The notes under the pieces were generated by a model. It did not search any database. It was not told the origin of the DNA and saw only the letters and a list, made by a program, of their open reading frames with translations. From a bacterium (lineage in GTDB: Bacteria > UBP14 > UBA6098 > B30-G16): a stretch of DNA of 46,849 nt. Position 1 is the first letter of the stretch; each line of letters begins with the position of its first letter. This document shows positions 25,231 to 34,631 of the stretch, piece after piece. The stretch spans positions 1 to 46,849 of the forward strand of contig JAGGZE010000070.1 of NCBI GenBank assembly GCA_021162205.1. The letters run 5' to 3'. The translations under genes and the position numbers were made by a program.

Positions 25231-25739
25231 CGACTAATCTTCGATGAAATAATCTCTCTGCAACCTTCTATCCGAGAGGTCGTCGCGTTAATCAGAGTCT
25301 CGGAAGCCATTGTCGACTGCGTCGAAAGCTCCGCTGACCCCGTCAATGCCCTATTTACGCCATTTCCCGTCATTTCAGGTATAAAAGCCGTATTTCTGAC
25401 CCCCTACTTCATTAGTATTGCTCGCTTAGTTATTGTCCTATCTCCAATTGTTGCTTTTATCAAATAGAGCCCCGATGGGATTGATTTGTCGGGTTGCCAG
25501 ATGAATGCGCGGGATATAGGGGCGACTCTTGTGGTCGCCCTTTCCACATGGGAAATCGTTTCATCACGGGCAGGCCCCTACGAAATTAGGTATCGAAGAT
25601 GTTTTATTGTGCAGGTGATTCATTATTTATTCTCATGCTCGAAAAGATAATTGGAGTTTATGAAAAGTCGAGAGCATCATCGAGAAAGTGAATGTCTTTT
25701 CCATAATCTCGTTTAGATAAACTTAAATCGCTGTTCGAT

Positions 25740-28478
25740 TTAATCGGTATAACTATTTACTTGTGGTTCTTGCGGGATTTTCTTGTGTGGAATGAAAAGA
25801 ATTTCGACTCGCCTGTTTTTGATTCTGCCCTCGGGAAGAGTATTTATTCCGACAGTAATCGGGACTTCATTGCCCTGTTGAAGGCGAATTATCCTGAATG
25901 GCTCGGACATCCCGAAGCCCTTAGGGAGAAGTCTCGCATTATTTTTCACAATCCAACTATCGAGTGTCGTATCGCTCTCAAAGGAGAGTATTCCCCGAAG
26001 ATATTTGCGAAGTATCGAGAGCTGTTCATCGGCGCGCCGCTGCGAAAGTTTTTTGTTTCCCGCAAATGTGCCGATTGTATCCGTATGCCCTGCGACTATC
26101 ACATCGACATCGCCCGATTGTATCCGTTCGACAACTTTCCGAGCGATATATTCCATTCTCGCATTCGTGTATTCGGATTCACTTTGTTTTCCCGCAAATG
26201 CAAATTGCAAAAGGATTAACCGCTGCTGAACCTCGTTTATATTCTGGACAATTACTTTTAATTTTTGTGAACTCGTCTTTGCAAATTGCCCGAAAGTATC
26301 CTCGACCTCAGCAGAAGTATAAAATGCTGAACCTGGTGGCGGCAAATTATTTTTTAATTTCCAATTCCATTTTGCTGTTGTTCCATCGAACTTTGCGACA
26401 GTGTCTTTTCCATCGGCGATATAAATATGCGAATTTTTCAATGGCACTTCGGCATTCGGTTTCACGGTAATTTGTGCCATATTCCAGCCCTGTTCGATTT
26501 CGTATCCCTCGGCGGGTTGAACCACTTGCGGTGGACGATATATCGAACCAGCGGGCGAAAGCACAAGTTCGACCCCACTCGATGCACCATCCTGCGAAAA
26601 TATCTTATCGTCGAATTCACCCTGTATCTGAGCGAGTAGCAATTCCTTATATTTGAAAGCCCGTTCGATTGTCGGTGCACGCACGGCGAGTATTATATCG
26701 GGATTTCGCTCGAGCATCGATGTTATAGAATCGATTCGCACTTTCGATGGTATTTTTCCCGCAGGATAATCGAATTTGCTTTCACCGATAATTTTCGCTT
26801 CGAGTTCGACCCGTCGATTTTCCTGAGGCGTATATATCTTGCCGACTTTAGTCCCCTGAAACTTTTGCCTTTTCGCACGCTTGTGATGAATATCGTAATC
26901 GTTCGGCATTTCGATTCTATTTGCAATCTCGGGTTTCGTTGCCAAAGATTTTTGGACAGCTCTCGCTCGAGCATAAGCGAGTTTATCCGACTCACCATCG
27001 ACAACATATCCACGAATGCCGATTTTGACATCGGGATTTTTTGCTAATCTGTCGGAAATTATCGAAATCGTGTGGTCGAAACGGCTATCGAGTGTAGAAT
27101 CATTTTGGTCGAAAAATAAAATCGGGACAATCGGTTCGTCCTCGGCAATAGAAAATTTTTGAATCAAATGAAGTTCACCTTTCTCGACCGATATTTCAGG
27201 ATGCGGTGGAGCGAAAATGTGAACCGATGTATCTGCGAAATTGTCATCGGGATTTTTCTCGACGAAAACGACATCGGCGGATTTTTGCGGTGATTTTCGA
27301 TTGAGAATAGCGGCGATTTTCAAATCGCCCGCATAATCGCTCGCAATTTTTGTCCACACTGTTTCAGATTTTTCGGGTTTGAGTGGCTCGGCGGAAAATG
27401 TGAACGATGAATCGCTGAAAACAATAGAAACAGGGATTTTCGGTGTGCGAAATTTACCTGTATTGGTTATCGGCAAACCCAAACTCAATGTTTCGCCCGG
27501 AATCGGTTTGCCATCGATAATGATTTTTCCGGGAACGACATCGGGGAAAATCGGTTCTAACGGTGCAAACAGATACTCGATGCCAAAATTATGCGATGGA
27601 ATATAGATACCATCCAATGGAAATGTTATATTATAAGAAACTGCGAAATTTTTTGCGAAATCGGGAGAATAAACCGAGCTAATTCCAGCGGAATGTCCCG
27701 AGACGATGCCTTTCGCAATAAGTTTTTGAATCGGCTTAAAGGAAATTCCAAGCACAGGGTCGAAATCGAGCCAAAAATTTCCGTATCGAGGCGAATACTG
27801 CATTCCGAGATGAAAATTAAATATTTTTATCGATTTCAGCAAACCGAGTTGAATTGCTGGATTCAATCTATCGGGTTCATCGCCGAGTGCGAGATTCGGG
27901 AATAATAGATGATATGCACCGCCATATATTTCGCCCCAATTTTTTCGATATGCGACTCCAATTCCGATATCGGGAGCAATTTTAGAGAAATTACCATTTT
28001 CAAACAATGGGTCTGGTTGAGCCAGCGCCATATTGTTCGAGTTATATCCGCGAGAAATCAGCGATGCCGTGATTCCTGCGAATAAACCCATTCGATTCAT
28101 CGCATCGGTAGCAGATATATCCTTCGATATTTTTTGAGAATAAGAAAATGAGAATTTCCATCGGGATTCGATATTTGCGGACATCGATGAAAAATCGAAT
28201 GCGCCGCCACGATAGAAACTGCAATATTTTGCAGAAATCGAACTGCGATAAATAGATTCGCCCAATCCCCAGAAAAGTCTTTCGTGTTGTGCCGATACCC
28301 AACTTCGACCGAAACTCGAGAGTAATGCAGGATTTAATATAGTTGCATCTGGAGTTGGATTCACAAAATCATCGCCGAATGAAATCGGATTTTCAAGCGG
28401 TTCATAAGGTTGAGCAGAAATAAAAGATATTGCAAAAACTAACGATAGAAATGCCCATGTTTTGAACATTGTTTTCAT
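25740..28478 (-). CDS. outer-membrane protein: PorP/SprF-like beta-barrel N-terminus, Ig/CARDB-like segments and at least two OmpA-like peptidoglycan-binding domains
   Basis: 912 aa with a signal peptide (..FISAQP). The N-terminal ~300 aa follow the PorP/SprF pattern ('ILNPALL', 'PDIGIGVAY', 'HLLFPNL'). OmpA-like motifs are 'IVAGHTDTIGTFAGNKKLSQRRAD...NRRVEILF' and 'IGIRGYVVDGESDKLAYARARAV...NRRVELE'. Confidence 0.7.
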   Translation of the reverse strand: MKTMFKTWAFLSLVFAISFISAQPYEPLENPISFGDDFVNPTPDATILNPALLSSFGRSWVSAQHERLFWGLGESIYRSSISAKYCSFYRGGAFDFSSMSANIESRWKFSFSYSQKISKDISATDAMNRMGLFAGITASLISRGYNSNNMALAQPDPLFENGNFSKIAPDIGIGVAYRKNWGEIYGGAYHLLFPNLALGDEPDRLNPAIQLGLLKSIKIFNFHLGMQYSPRYGNFWLDFDPVLGISFKPIQKLIAKGIVSGHSAGISSVYSPDFAKNFAVSYNITFPLDGIYIPSHNFGIEYLFAPLEPIFPDVVPGKIIIDGKPIPGETLSLGLPITNTGKFRTPKIPVSIVFSDSSFTFSAEPLKPEKSETVWTKIASDYAGDLKIAAILNRKSPQKSADVVFVEKNPDDNFADTSVHIFAPPHPEISVEKGELHLIQKFSIAEDEPIVPILFFDQNDSTLDSRFDHTISIISDRLAKNPDVKIGIRGYVVDGESDKLAYARARAVQKSLATKPEIANRIEMPNDYDIHHKRAKRQKFQGTKVGKIYTPQENRRVELEAKIIGESKFDYPAGKIPSKVRIDSITSMLERNPDIILAVRAPTIERAFKYKELLLAQIQGEFDDKIFSQDGASSGVELVLSPAGSIYRPPQVVQPAEGYEIEQGWNMAQITVKPNAEVPLKNSHIYIADGKDTVAKFDGTTAKWNWKLKNNLPPPGSAFYTSAEVEDTFGQFAKTSSQKLKVIVQNINEVQQRLILLQFAFAGKQSESEYTNARMEYIARKVVERIQSGDVDVIVAGHTDTIGTFAGNKKLSQRRADEQLSILRKYLRGILSFESDTTLDSWIVKNNARLLPKGFGMSEPFRIIRLQQGNEVPITVGINTLPEGRIKNRRVEILFIPHKKIPQEPQVNSYTD

Positions 28479-28484
28479 AATCGG

Positions 28485-29306
28485 TTATTTTTTCTTTTTC
28501 GATGCTACTTTAGTGGTATCGTCGGCAGGCGGATTGAAATCGTAAAGTCCCCAAACTATATCGAAATTCGCTCGAGTCGAATCCATCTCGATTACATAGG
28601 AAACAGGAGCGATTGCATATTTAAGCTCCTTAATTTTTCGAGCGAATGCCATAAATTGTTGGTAAGAACCTTTTGCTGTCAATCTATATCTAAATTTATT
28701 GCCTCCCTTAACTTTTTCGTTTGCCGAGACCACCAGTCGATTTATATCGGTCAATCCGTGCATTTCCGCAAGTGAATCGATAAAATTCATAACGGTTGTG
28801 AGCAAAAATTTCTTAATAGGTTGCGGTTGGAATTGAGTGTTCACTCTCGCCATTCTACCCTTAAATACGACATTAAATTTACCATCGATGGTCGAAGTGT
28901 CTATAATAGTAATGATTTTTCCAAGCTTATCGACTTTTAAAATAAGACTATCGGGATGCATCGAAGATTTAATTTTGAAAACGCAAATAAAATTATCTGC
29001 ACCATCCGAAACAACCTTCTGAGGATTTAATGGTAGAATTGCATTTATAAATTTATCCCATTCGATAAGATTTCGGGCAATTTGCCCAGATAAAGTTATC
29101 GGTTTGGTTTTGGGTTTAGTAGGAATTTCCGTTATAGCGTTGGCTCGTTCAGTGCTTGAAAAGTAAAAGAATAAAGCGATTCCACCAGCTATAATAAGCA
29201 GGACGATGAGAAGAGAAGTGTAAATTTTTCTCATACTTGTGGCTCGCATTTGAGCAGGTGGTTTCTCGAGAGAATGATAAAGTCCTATGTCGATAATCTT
29301 TGCCAT
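28485..29306 (-). CDS. bitopic PilN/PilO-like pilus alignment protein
   Basis: 273 aa with one TM (LLIVLLIIAGGIALFFYF). The C-terminal 'RYRLTAKGSYQQFMAFARKIKELKYAIAPVSYVIE' resembles the PilO ferredoxin-like core. Lies 2 nt after the pilM-like gene. Confidence 0.55.
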   Translation of the reverse strand: MAKIIDIGLYHSLEKPPAQMRATSMRKIYTSLLIVLLIIAGGIALFFYFSSTERANAITEIPTKPKTKPITLSGQIARNLIEWDKFINAILPLNPQKVVSDGADNFICVFKIKSSMHPDSLILKVDKLGKIITIIDTSTIDGKFNVVFKGRMARVNTQFQPQPIKKFLLTTVMNFIDSLAEMHGLTDINRLVVSANEKVKGGNKFRYRLTAKGSYQQFMAFARKIKELKYAIAPVSYVIEMDSTRANFDIVWGLYDFNPPADDTTKVASKKKK

Positions 29307-29308
29307 AA

Positions 29309-30235
29309 TTATAAAAATGCTTTCCCATGAGTAGCGAGACCGAGAGCAATAACAGCTTCACCGGGCTCGATATTTGCTTTTTGAGGTTTCAATTTAGTTT
29401 TTTTCTTCAATATCTTTGCAAAATCTATTATATCGACATTCAATCGACTTTGAATTGTTTGTTCGATTCCATCTTTTAATTTTCTGCCCGAAAGAATTAT
29501 ACCATCCAAATTAAAAGCGGGATTGAATCTTTGATACGAATGAATAGTTATATCGAATGCGGTAATAAGGTCTTCGGTAAATTCTCGCCAAGTTTTTTTC
29601 CCATCGCCTATACCGAATATCTCGGGTGGAGTAAAAAATGCAGGACCATTCCAGAATTCACCTTTAGCAAAAACTATTAGATACGAATACGGTATATGAA
29701 TATCTGCGACAATCAAATTTCTTTTGGGTTTCGAGCCCTCGAGCACCGTGAGCAAATTAAACATAGCGATAGGTTCGGGGTCGAGCGCTAAAATATTAAG
29801 CCCGATTTTTTCGGCTATTTCGGCTCGTATAATCACTGGTTCTTTTTTCGCAGCGACCAAAACCGTAGTCATCGGAAGAATAAAATACGATGTGCTTAAA
29901 TTTTGTAGCGGTTCGTTTAGATGTTGGGACAGTTCCCAATTTAACTGGTCATCGGTAAGATTTAGATAATTCTGCTCTGTTGGAATACATTTAATTTGTG
30001 CTAAATTTTCGGGAATATTGATAATCGCATCATCGGTGGTTATTTCCATTTTTGTGATAACAGCTTCCAAAACCTCGCTAACAGCGGTGGGTTCAGCAAT
30101 TACACCATTAACCACAGAATTTTCGGGTAAGGATGCCATAGCGATTTTATTCACCGTTACACTGCCAGCAACTTTTGCCTCGATACAGATTATTCTGTAT
30201 TCACTTATTTGAATTCCTAAAAAATGTTTAGCCAT
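29309..30235 (-). CDS. PilM-like actin-fold pilus assembly protein
   Basis: 308 aa. 'FLGIQISEYRIICIE...LPENSVVNGVIAEPTAVSEVL', 'VADIHIPYSYLIVFAKGE', 'GIILSGRK' and C-terminal 'AVIALGLATH' follow the PilM layout. The phosphate-1 Asp is not conserved. Confidence 0.6.
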   Translation of the reverse strand: MAKHFLGIQISEYRIICIEAKVAGSVTVNKIAMASLPENSVVNGVIAEPTAVSEVLEAVITKMEITTDDAIINIPENLAQIKCIPTEQNYLNLTDDQLNWELSQHLNEPLQNLSTSYFILPMTTVLVAAKKEPVIIRAEIAEKIGLNILALDPEPIAMFNLLTVLEGSKPKRNLIVADIHIPYSYLIVFAKGEFWNGPAFFTPPEIFGIGDGKKTWREFTEDLITAFDITIHSYQRFNPAFNLDGIILSGRKLKDGIEQTIQSRLNVDIIDFAKILKKKTKLKPQKANIEPGEAVIALGLATHGKAFL

Positions 30236-30248
30236 AATTTCGGCTCGA

Positions 30249-30731
30249 TTATTTAATGCTCCATGTCGAAGTTCCCATAATTATTTGACCGTGTCCATTA
30301 GGACAGCTTATCGAAAAGAAAAACGAATCTCGCGCCATAATGATATATTCTTGTCCATCGAGTGGACAATACGATTTGAAATCACCGAGTTTATCCTGTG
30401 GCACCATTTTCTTCAATTCCTCGAAATTCTTGGTAAAAACGCGTGGGAACGATGCTTTTTCTTCGGTTGCTTTCTTTTCTTTTTCGACCTTTGTGGTATC
30501 GGTGACATCGGTAGAATCCATCGATTTCTCTTCAGGTTTTATTTGTCCACCCGCTGTTTCAAAATATTTCAACTCGGCATCGGAAATTAAAAGCATTCGT
30601 TGACGGCATAAATTGCGGATTTTCAAACTTTCCTCGGTTCGCAAATATGGTAAAATCAATGTGGCAATCACACCGATAGCTAAAATTAAAATTATAACAT
30701 CCAATAACATTAAGCCTTTTCTTGTGCGCAT
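30249..30731 (-). CDS. prepilin-like protein (class III signal peptide)
   Basis: 160 aa, 'MRTRKG/LMLLDVIILILAIGVIATLILPYL'. C-terminal Cys pair 'YCPLDGQEY...ISCPNGHG'. SD aagggg. Confidence 0.65.
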   Translation of the reverse strand: MRTRKGLMLLDVIILILAIGVIATLILPYLRTEESLKIRNLCRQRMLLISDAELKYFETAGGQIKPEEKSMDSTDVTDTTKVEKEKKATEEKASFPRVFTKNFEELKKMVPQDKLGDFKSYCPLDGQEYIIMARDSFFFSISCPNGHGQIIMGTSTWSIK

Positions 30732-30823
30732 TTTTTTGCCCCTTTCAATTTTTTATTCTTTTAGATATTATCGATTATTATGAAAATAAATTAAAATAAA
30801 AAAAATTCCATAAAAAAACTAAA

Positions 30824-31258
30824 TTAAAGTTCTATAAAATCACGCATTTCCCCAAGTTTTTTGTTTCCAAATCCATTAACATTTATAAGTTCGTCGATTT
30901 TTTTGAATGGTCCATTCTTTTCTCTATACTTAACGATTCTCGATGCGAGAGTTCTTCCGACACCGCGTAATTTCATCAATTCTGAAATATCGGCGGAATT
31001 GATGTTAATCTTTTTAAACTTTAAATTTCTCGCTATCGCACCGGCATTTACCGTGTCCTTTTGAGCAACATTACTTTCCCTCGAAATCTTCACCGAATTT
31101 ATTCTATCAAATTTCATTTCCGAATCGAGTTTCGCTTTCTCACCTATTTTGCTTACATCCGCCGATACAATATAGAATTTCAAAAGGAACACGATTCCAA
31201 TACAAATAGCCAACAACGCTCCAAATCTCGCTTGTTTTTGATAGATAATTTTACTCAT
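30824..31258 (-). CDS. comEA: ComEA-like helix-hairpin-helix DNA-binding competence protein
   Basis: N-terminal TM plus 'INSADISELMKLRGVGRTLASRIVKYREKNGPFKKIDELINVNGFGNKKL' (tandem HhH). The ATG at 31258 is preferred to the TTG at 31294. Confidence 0.8.
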   Translation of the reverse strand: MSKIIYQKQARFGALLAICIGIVFLLKFYIVSADVSKIGEKAKLDSEMKFDRINSVKISRESNVAQKDTVNAGAIARNLKFKKININSADISELMKLRGVGRTLASRIVKYREKNGPFKKIDELINVNGFGNKKLGEMRDFIEL

Positions 31259-31302
31259 TATCGATAAAAATAATATATATACAAAATTTTGCAAAAGGAA
31301 TT

Positions 31303-32238
31303 TTACATATTCATCTCACTTATTTTATATCTTTCATTTACATTCTCAAAAATATTAAAGAATTCATCATGGGAAAAATGTTCGATTAGTTCGATAAGTT
31401 TTCTCCTGCCATACTTTTGTTCTATTTGCAAACCCATATAACAACCGACGATATAAAAGAGTCTATCGGCTGAACATTGTCCAAGAATATTTTCCAATAA
31501 TTTGTCGGTAACAGGATTATTTTGATTGTCTTTTTCAAATATATTCATTAAAAGTTCAAATTGTTTTATTTTTTTTGAAAGCGAATGCTCATCGGTAAGG
31601 ATAGAATAATCGTAGTCTGAAAGTGCGTTTAATTCGAGTCGTTTTTTATAAGGGACTAAAGTGGCTAATCCTTCATTCATCGTATAGCTCATAACAAGTT
31701 TTTTTAAGTCATTTTCAGTATCGATTGTAAAAATATCTAAAACTTTCTGGTAATGAGAAAAACCGATATGAAATAGTTCGTGCGGAAGATATAGTAATAT
31801 TTCTTGTGGGTCATTGCGAAATTGTGCCCAATCGATATTTATAGCGATTCGATCGTTTAATACCACTCCATTATAGCCACCGATAACAAAATATACAGTT
31901 ACTTCGGATTCATAATCATCGGGTAGATAAAGTAAAGCGAGTGGAGCAAATTCTTTCAGCATTTTTTGCTCATTATTTTCGAGATAATCGACTATTTCTT
32001 TTAATTGAGGCAACCGACTGTTTATATAATCGAAATTAAAAGTTGTGGATTTTCCATTTAATGATTGTCTTAAAATGTCCTTATCGAATGGGGTCGATGA
32101 AAACCGAGAGCTATGTTCAAACACGAGTTCATATGCTGGATGGTCGAGTATTTCAGCGATATTTTCAGCATCCAAATTTTGGAAATAATCGATAACCGAT
32201 TTTGCTGCAGAATAATCGAATTTTATTTGTGAATCCAT
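31303..32238 (-). CDS. predicted zinc metallopeptidase-like protein (HExxH; DUF2268/DUF5700-like)
   Basis: 'LYLPHELFHIGF' (HExxH) with a downstream 'MNEGLATL' glutamate. No signal peptide. The ATG at 32238 follows GGAG at 6-nt spacing; the track TTG start (32250) is rejected. Confidence 0.5.
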   Translation of the reverse strand: MDSQIKFDYSAAKSVIDYFQNLDAENIAEILDHPAYELVFEHSSRFSSTPFDKDILRQSLNGKSTTFNFDYINSRLPQLKEIVDYLENNEQKMLKEFAPLALLYLPDDYESEVTVYFVIGGYNGVVLNDRIAINIDWAQFRNDPQEILLYLPHELFHIGFSHYQKVLDIFTIDTENDLKKLVMSYTMNEGLATLVPYKKRLELNALSDYDYSILTDEHSLSKKIKQFELLMNIFEKDNQNNPVTDKLLENILGQCSADRLFYIVGCYMGLQIEQKYGRRKLIELIEHFSHDEFFNIFENVNERYKISEMNM

Positions 32239-32307
32239 TTCATTCTCCAATTAACTCGAATAATTTTAGATAAATTGTTCGTCCAATTTTATGTAATTAT
32301 GAGTGAA

Positions 32308-33471
32308 TTAACCATTCATCGCTCTTATTTTTTCTGCAGCGCTTTCGATTTCGTAAAAATGTCTAGCGAATGAAAATCTTAAATATTTTGCTCCACGCAA
32401 AGAATTTCCGAAAAATGCTCTTCCACCGACAACACATACACCGACATTTTTTGCCATAAATTCCGCCATTCGATAATCGTCGAAATTGGGTTCGATTTTC
32501 GAAAAATCGGCGAATACATAATATGCTCCATCGGGAATCGAAAAAATAAATCCAGCAGAATCGAGAGCATCGCATAAAATATCTCGCTTTTTCCTGTAAT
32601 CGCTCATCAGTCGAGCGAAATATTCCGTGAAATCCTGCGATGGTAAAAATTCGGCGATAGCATCCTGAAACGGTGCAGGAGCACAAATCGATGTGAAATC
32701 GTGAATTTTTCGGATTTGCTCGGTGAATTTCGGTGCAGCGATGAAAAAACCCACTCGCCAGCCGGTAACTGTCATTGTCTTGGAAAATGACGAAACGACA
32801 GCGGTTCGTTCAGCCATCCCCGGCAGCGATGCAATCGATTTCGGTTCATCGACATCGAAAACCATCGTGCGATAAGTTTCATCGGATAAAACGAATAAAT
32901 CATTGCGGATAGCGATTTCAGCTATTTTTTTGATTGCACTATCGCAAAGAACCGAACCTGTGGGATTGTGCGGCGAGTTCATAATCAAAAGTTTTGCACC
33001 TATAGCGTATTTTTCGAGTTTATCCCAATCCGGCTCCCAAAGTGGTGGAATCGATGGAACGGAAACAGGTTCACCGCCGGCGAGTAGAACGATATTTTTG
33101 AAATTTTCATAGAACGGTTCGAAAATCACGACTTTATCGCCGGAATCGATAACTGTCATAGCCACAGAGAGAAGTGTTTCGGTCGCTCCGCATGTAATCG
33201 AGATTTCGTTTTCATAATCGAGTTCTCGCCCGACAAATTTCGACCAGAAATCGGCAATAGTCATCCGCAACCGTTTCGAACCACGATTTAAAGTATATTG
33301 ATTATGTCCTTCGTCGATATATTTTTTCGCGAGTTCCTTAAGTTTTTCGGGAGCATCGAACCCGGGCGTGCCAGCAGCGAGAATCAAACTTTTATGCTCG
33401 AAACAAAGTGCTGTCATACTGTCGATTGTAGATTGCCCGAACGAAAACACTCGTGATGAATATTTTTGCAT
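32308..33471 (-). CDS. class I/II pyridoxal-phosphate-dependent aminotransferase
   Basis: 387 aa with 'NSPHNPTG' and PLP-lysine context 'SFSKTMTVTGWRVGF'. Confidence 0.88.
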   Translation of the reverse strand: MQKYSSRVFSFGQSTIDSMTALCFEHKSLILAAGTPGFDAPEKLKELAKKYIDEGHNQYTLNRGSKRLRMTIADFWSKFVGRELDYENEISITCGATETLLSVAMTVIDSGDKVVIFEPFYENFKNIVLLAGGEPVSVPSIPPLWEPDWDKLEKYAIGAKLLIMNSPHNPTGSVLCDSAIKKIAEIAIRNDLFVLSDETYRTMVFDVDEPKSIASLPGMAERTAVVSSFSKTMTVTGWRVGFFIAAPKFTEQIRKIHDFTSICAPAPFQDAIAEFLPSQDFTEYFARLMSDYRKKRDILCDALDSAGFIFSIPDGAYYVFADFSKIEPNFDDYRMAEFMAKNVGVCVVGGRAFFGNSLRGAKYLRFSFARHFYEIESAAEKIRAMNG

Positions 33472-33491
33472 TTATAATTCCTTGTTAATAT

Positions 33492-34631
33492 TTATGTTAA
33501 TTTAATTTGCCGACTATATTTTTCTGATAACAATTTATAAATTCCAATTATGCCGACAATCGAAAATGAACCTAATTCCATAATGATTGTGTAATTTCTC
33601 GATGGTAATGTAAAATATCCGATTGTATGGTGCAGTGATGAAATTAAAGCACATAGCAAAATCGATATGCGAAATATTCTATCGGTGGCAAAATTAGATG
33701 AAAAATGCTTTTGCAAAATTATAGCGATAAGCCAGAAAAAAATAATAAATACAGGTTGCATCAATCGTTCGTTGTTGACACCGAAACCTGTCGAAAATAA
33801 CACAGCTAAAATGAAAACGAGTGCGAAAATATTTTTTCTGAAAAATTTGACCGTATCTTTCCAGAAAATCAATGGGAATAAAGTCAACGGAATAAACGGA
33901 TGAGCTAATAACCGTAAAATTATTTCCAGTTTGAAGAATTTTGTATAATAAGTCGAAAATGCTTCATATAAACCTATACCGCCGTTGTATGGGACAAAAA
34001 TTCTAATGGCAAAAAAGATTAGCGATGCCGGAATTATTGCCAATAGAAATTTTTTCCAGTATTTTCCCCACATTTTTTTCTCGAGCAAAAAAATAAAAAA
34101 TGCTAATCCTACTAAAATCCAGGTTTCTCGTGTCATCGCACCTATCGCAAGCAAAATCGTCATCGTTAAGAATTTTTGTTTAATCATTGCCCAGAAAAAC
34201 AAGACAATTAAAAACTGTGAGATTATATCGTTCAGTTGAAAATAATTCCACATATTCGACCCGAAAAGATGCCGATTGGCAATGAATAAAAAAACTGTGA
34301 AAAACGAAAGAAATGAATTTATACCGTTCGAGCGAAGAAATAGGAAAAAAACAATAACCAATGCAATCGCAGTCAGAATCGAAAGAATTTTGAACGAATT
34401 AGCGACTGAAAATGGAAGTAATCCAGCGGCATAAGGACCTAAAATTCTATATGTGAACGGGCGCTCGATTTGCGTAGAAATTTTAGGTGAGCAATTTGCC
34501 ATTTTAATATAATTGTTCAAATCCCAGATAGAATACGGATGTTGCTTATATGGGATATTTCCATAAAACAGGACGAAAAAAATAGTTATCAAAATAAGCA
34601 AAAATATATATTTCAATTTATCGGAGTTCAT
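33492..34631 (-). CDS. polytopic membrane protein, possibly GT-C-like glycosyltransferase
   Basis: About 379 aa with at least 10 hydrophobic helices. The ATG at 34631 overlaps the stop of the upstream repeat-protein gene (TAATG). The functional call rests on topology alone. Confidence 0.4.
   Translation of the reverse strand: MNSDKLKYIFLLILITIFFVLFYGNIPYKQHPYSIWDLNNYIKMANCSPKISTQIERPFTYRILGPYAAGLLPFSVANSFKILSILTAIALVIVFFLFLRSNGINSFLSFFTVFLFIANRHLFGSNMWNYFQLNDIISQFLIVLFFWAMIKQKFLTMTILLAIGAMTRETWILVGLAFFIFLLEKKMWGKYWKKFLLAIIPASLIFFAIRIFVPYNGGIGLYEAFSTYYTKFFKLEIILRLLAHPFIPLTLFPLIFWKDTVKFFRKNIFALVFILAVLFSTGFGVNNERLMQPVFIIFFWLIAIILQKHFSSNFATDRIFRISILLCALISSLHHTIGYFTLPSRNYTIIMELGSFSIVGIIGIYKLLSEKYSRQIKLT

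Noticed and set aside
25046-25467. ORFs 25046-25237 (+), 25201-25467 (+) and 25176-25373 (-) in the GC-rich spacer.
   Set aside because: They mutually overlap in three frames, which is typical of GC-rich non-coding DNA. The first starts antisense inside hicB with GTG. None has an SD or a recognisable motif.
25499-25507. 'agatgaatg', reminiscent of the conserved AGAUGAAUG segment near the 3' end of bacterial RNase P RNA.
   Set aside because: The other universal RNase P elements are absent on either strand of the spacer: the GAGGAAAGUCC P4 strand and the ACAGAA...GGCUUA P4 partner. This is a short chance match.
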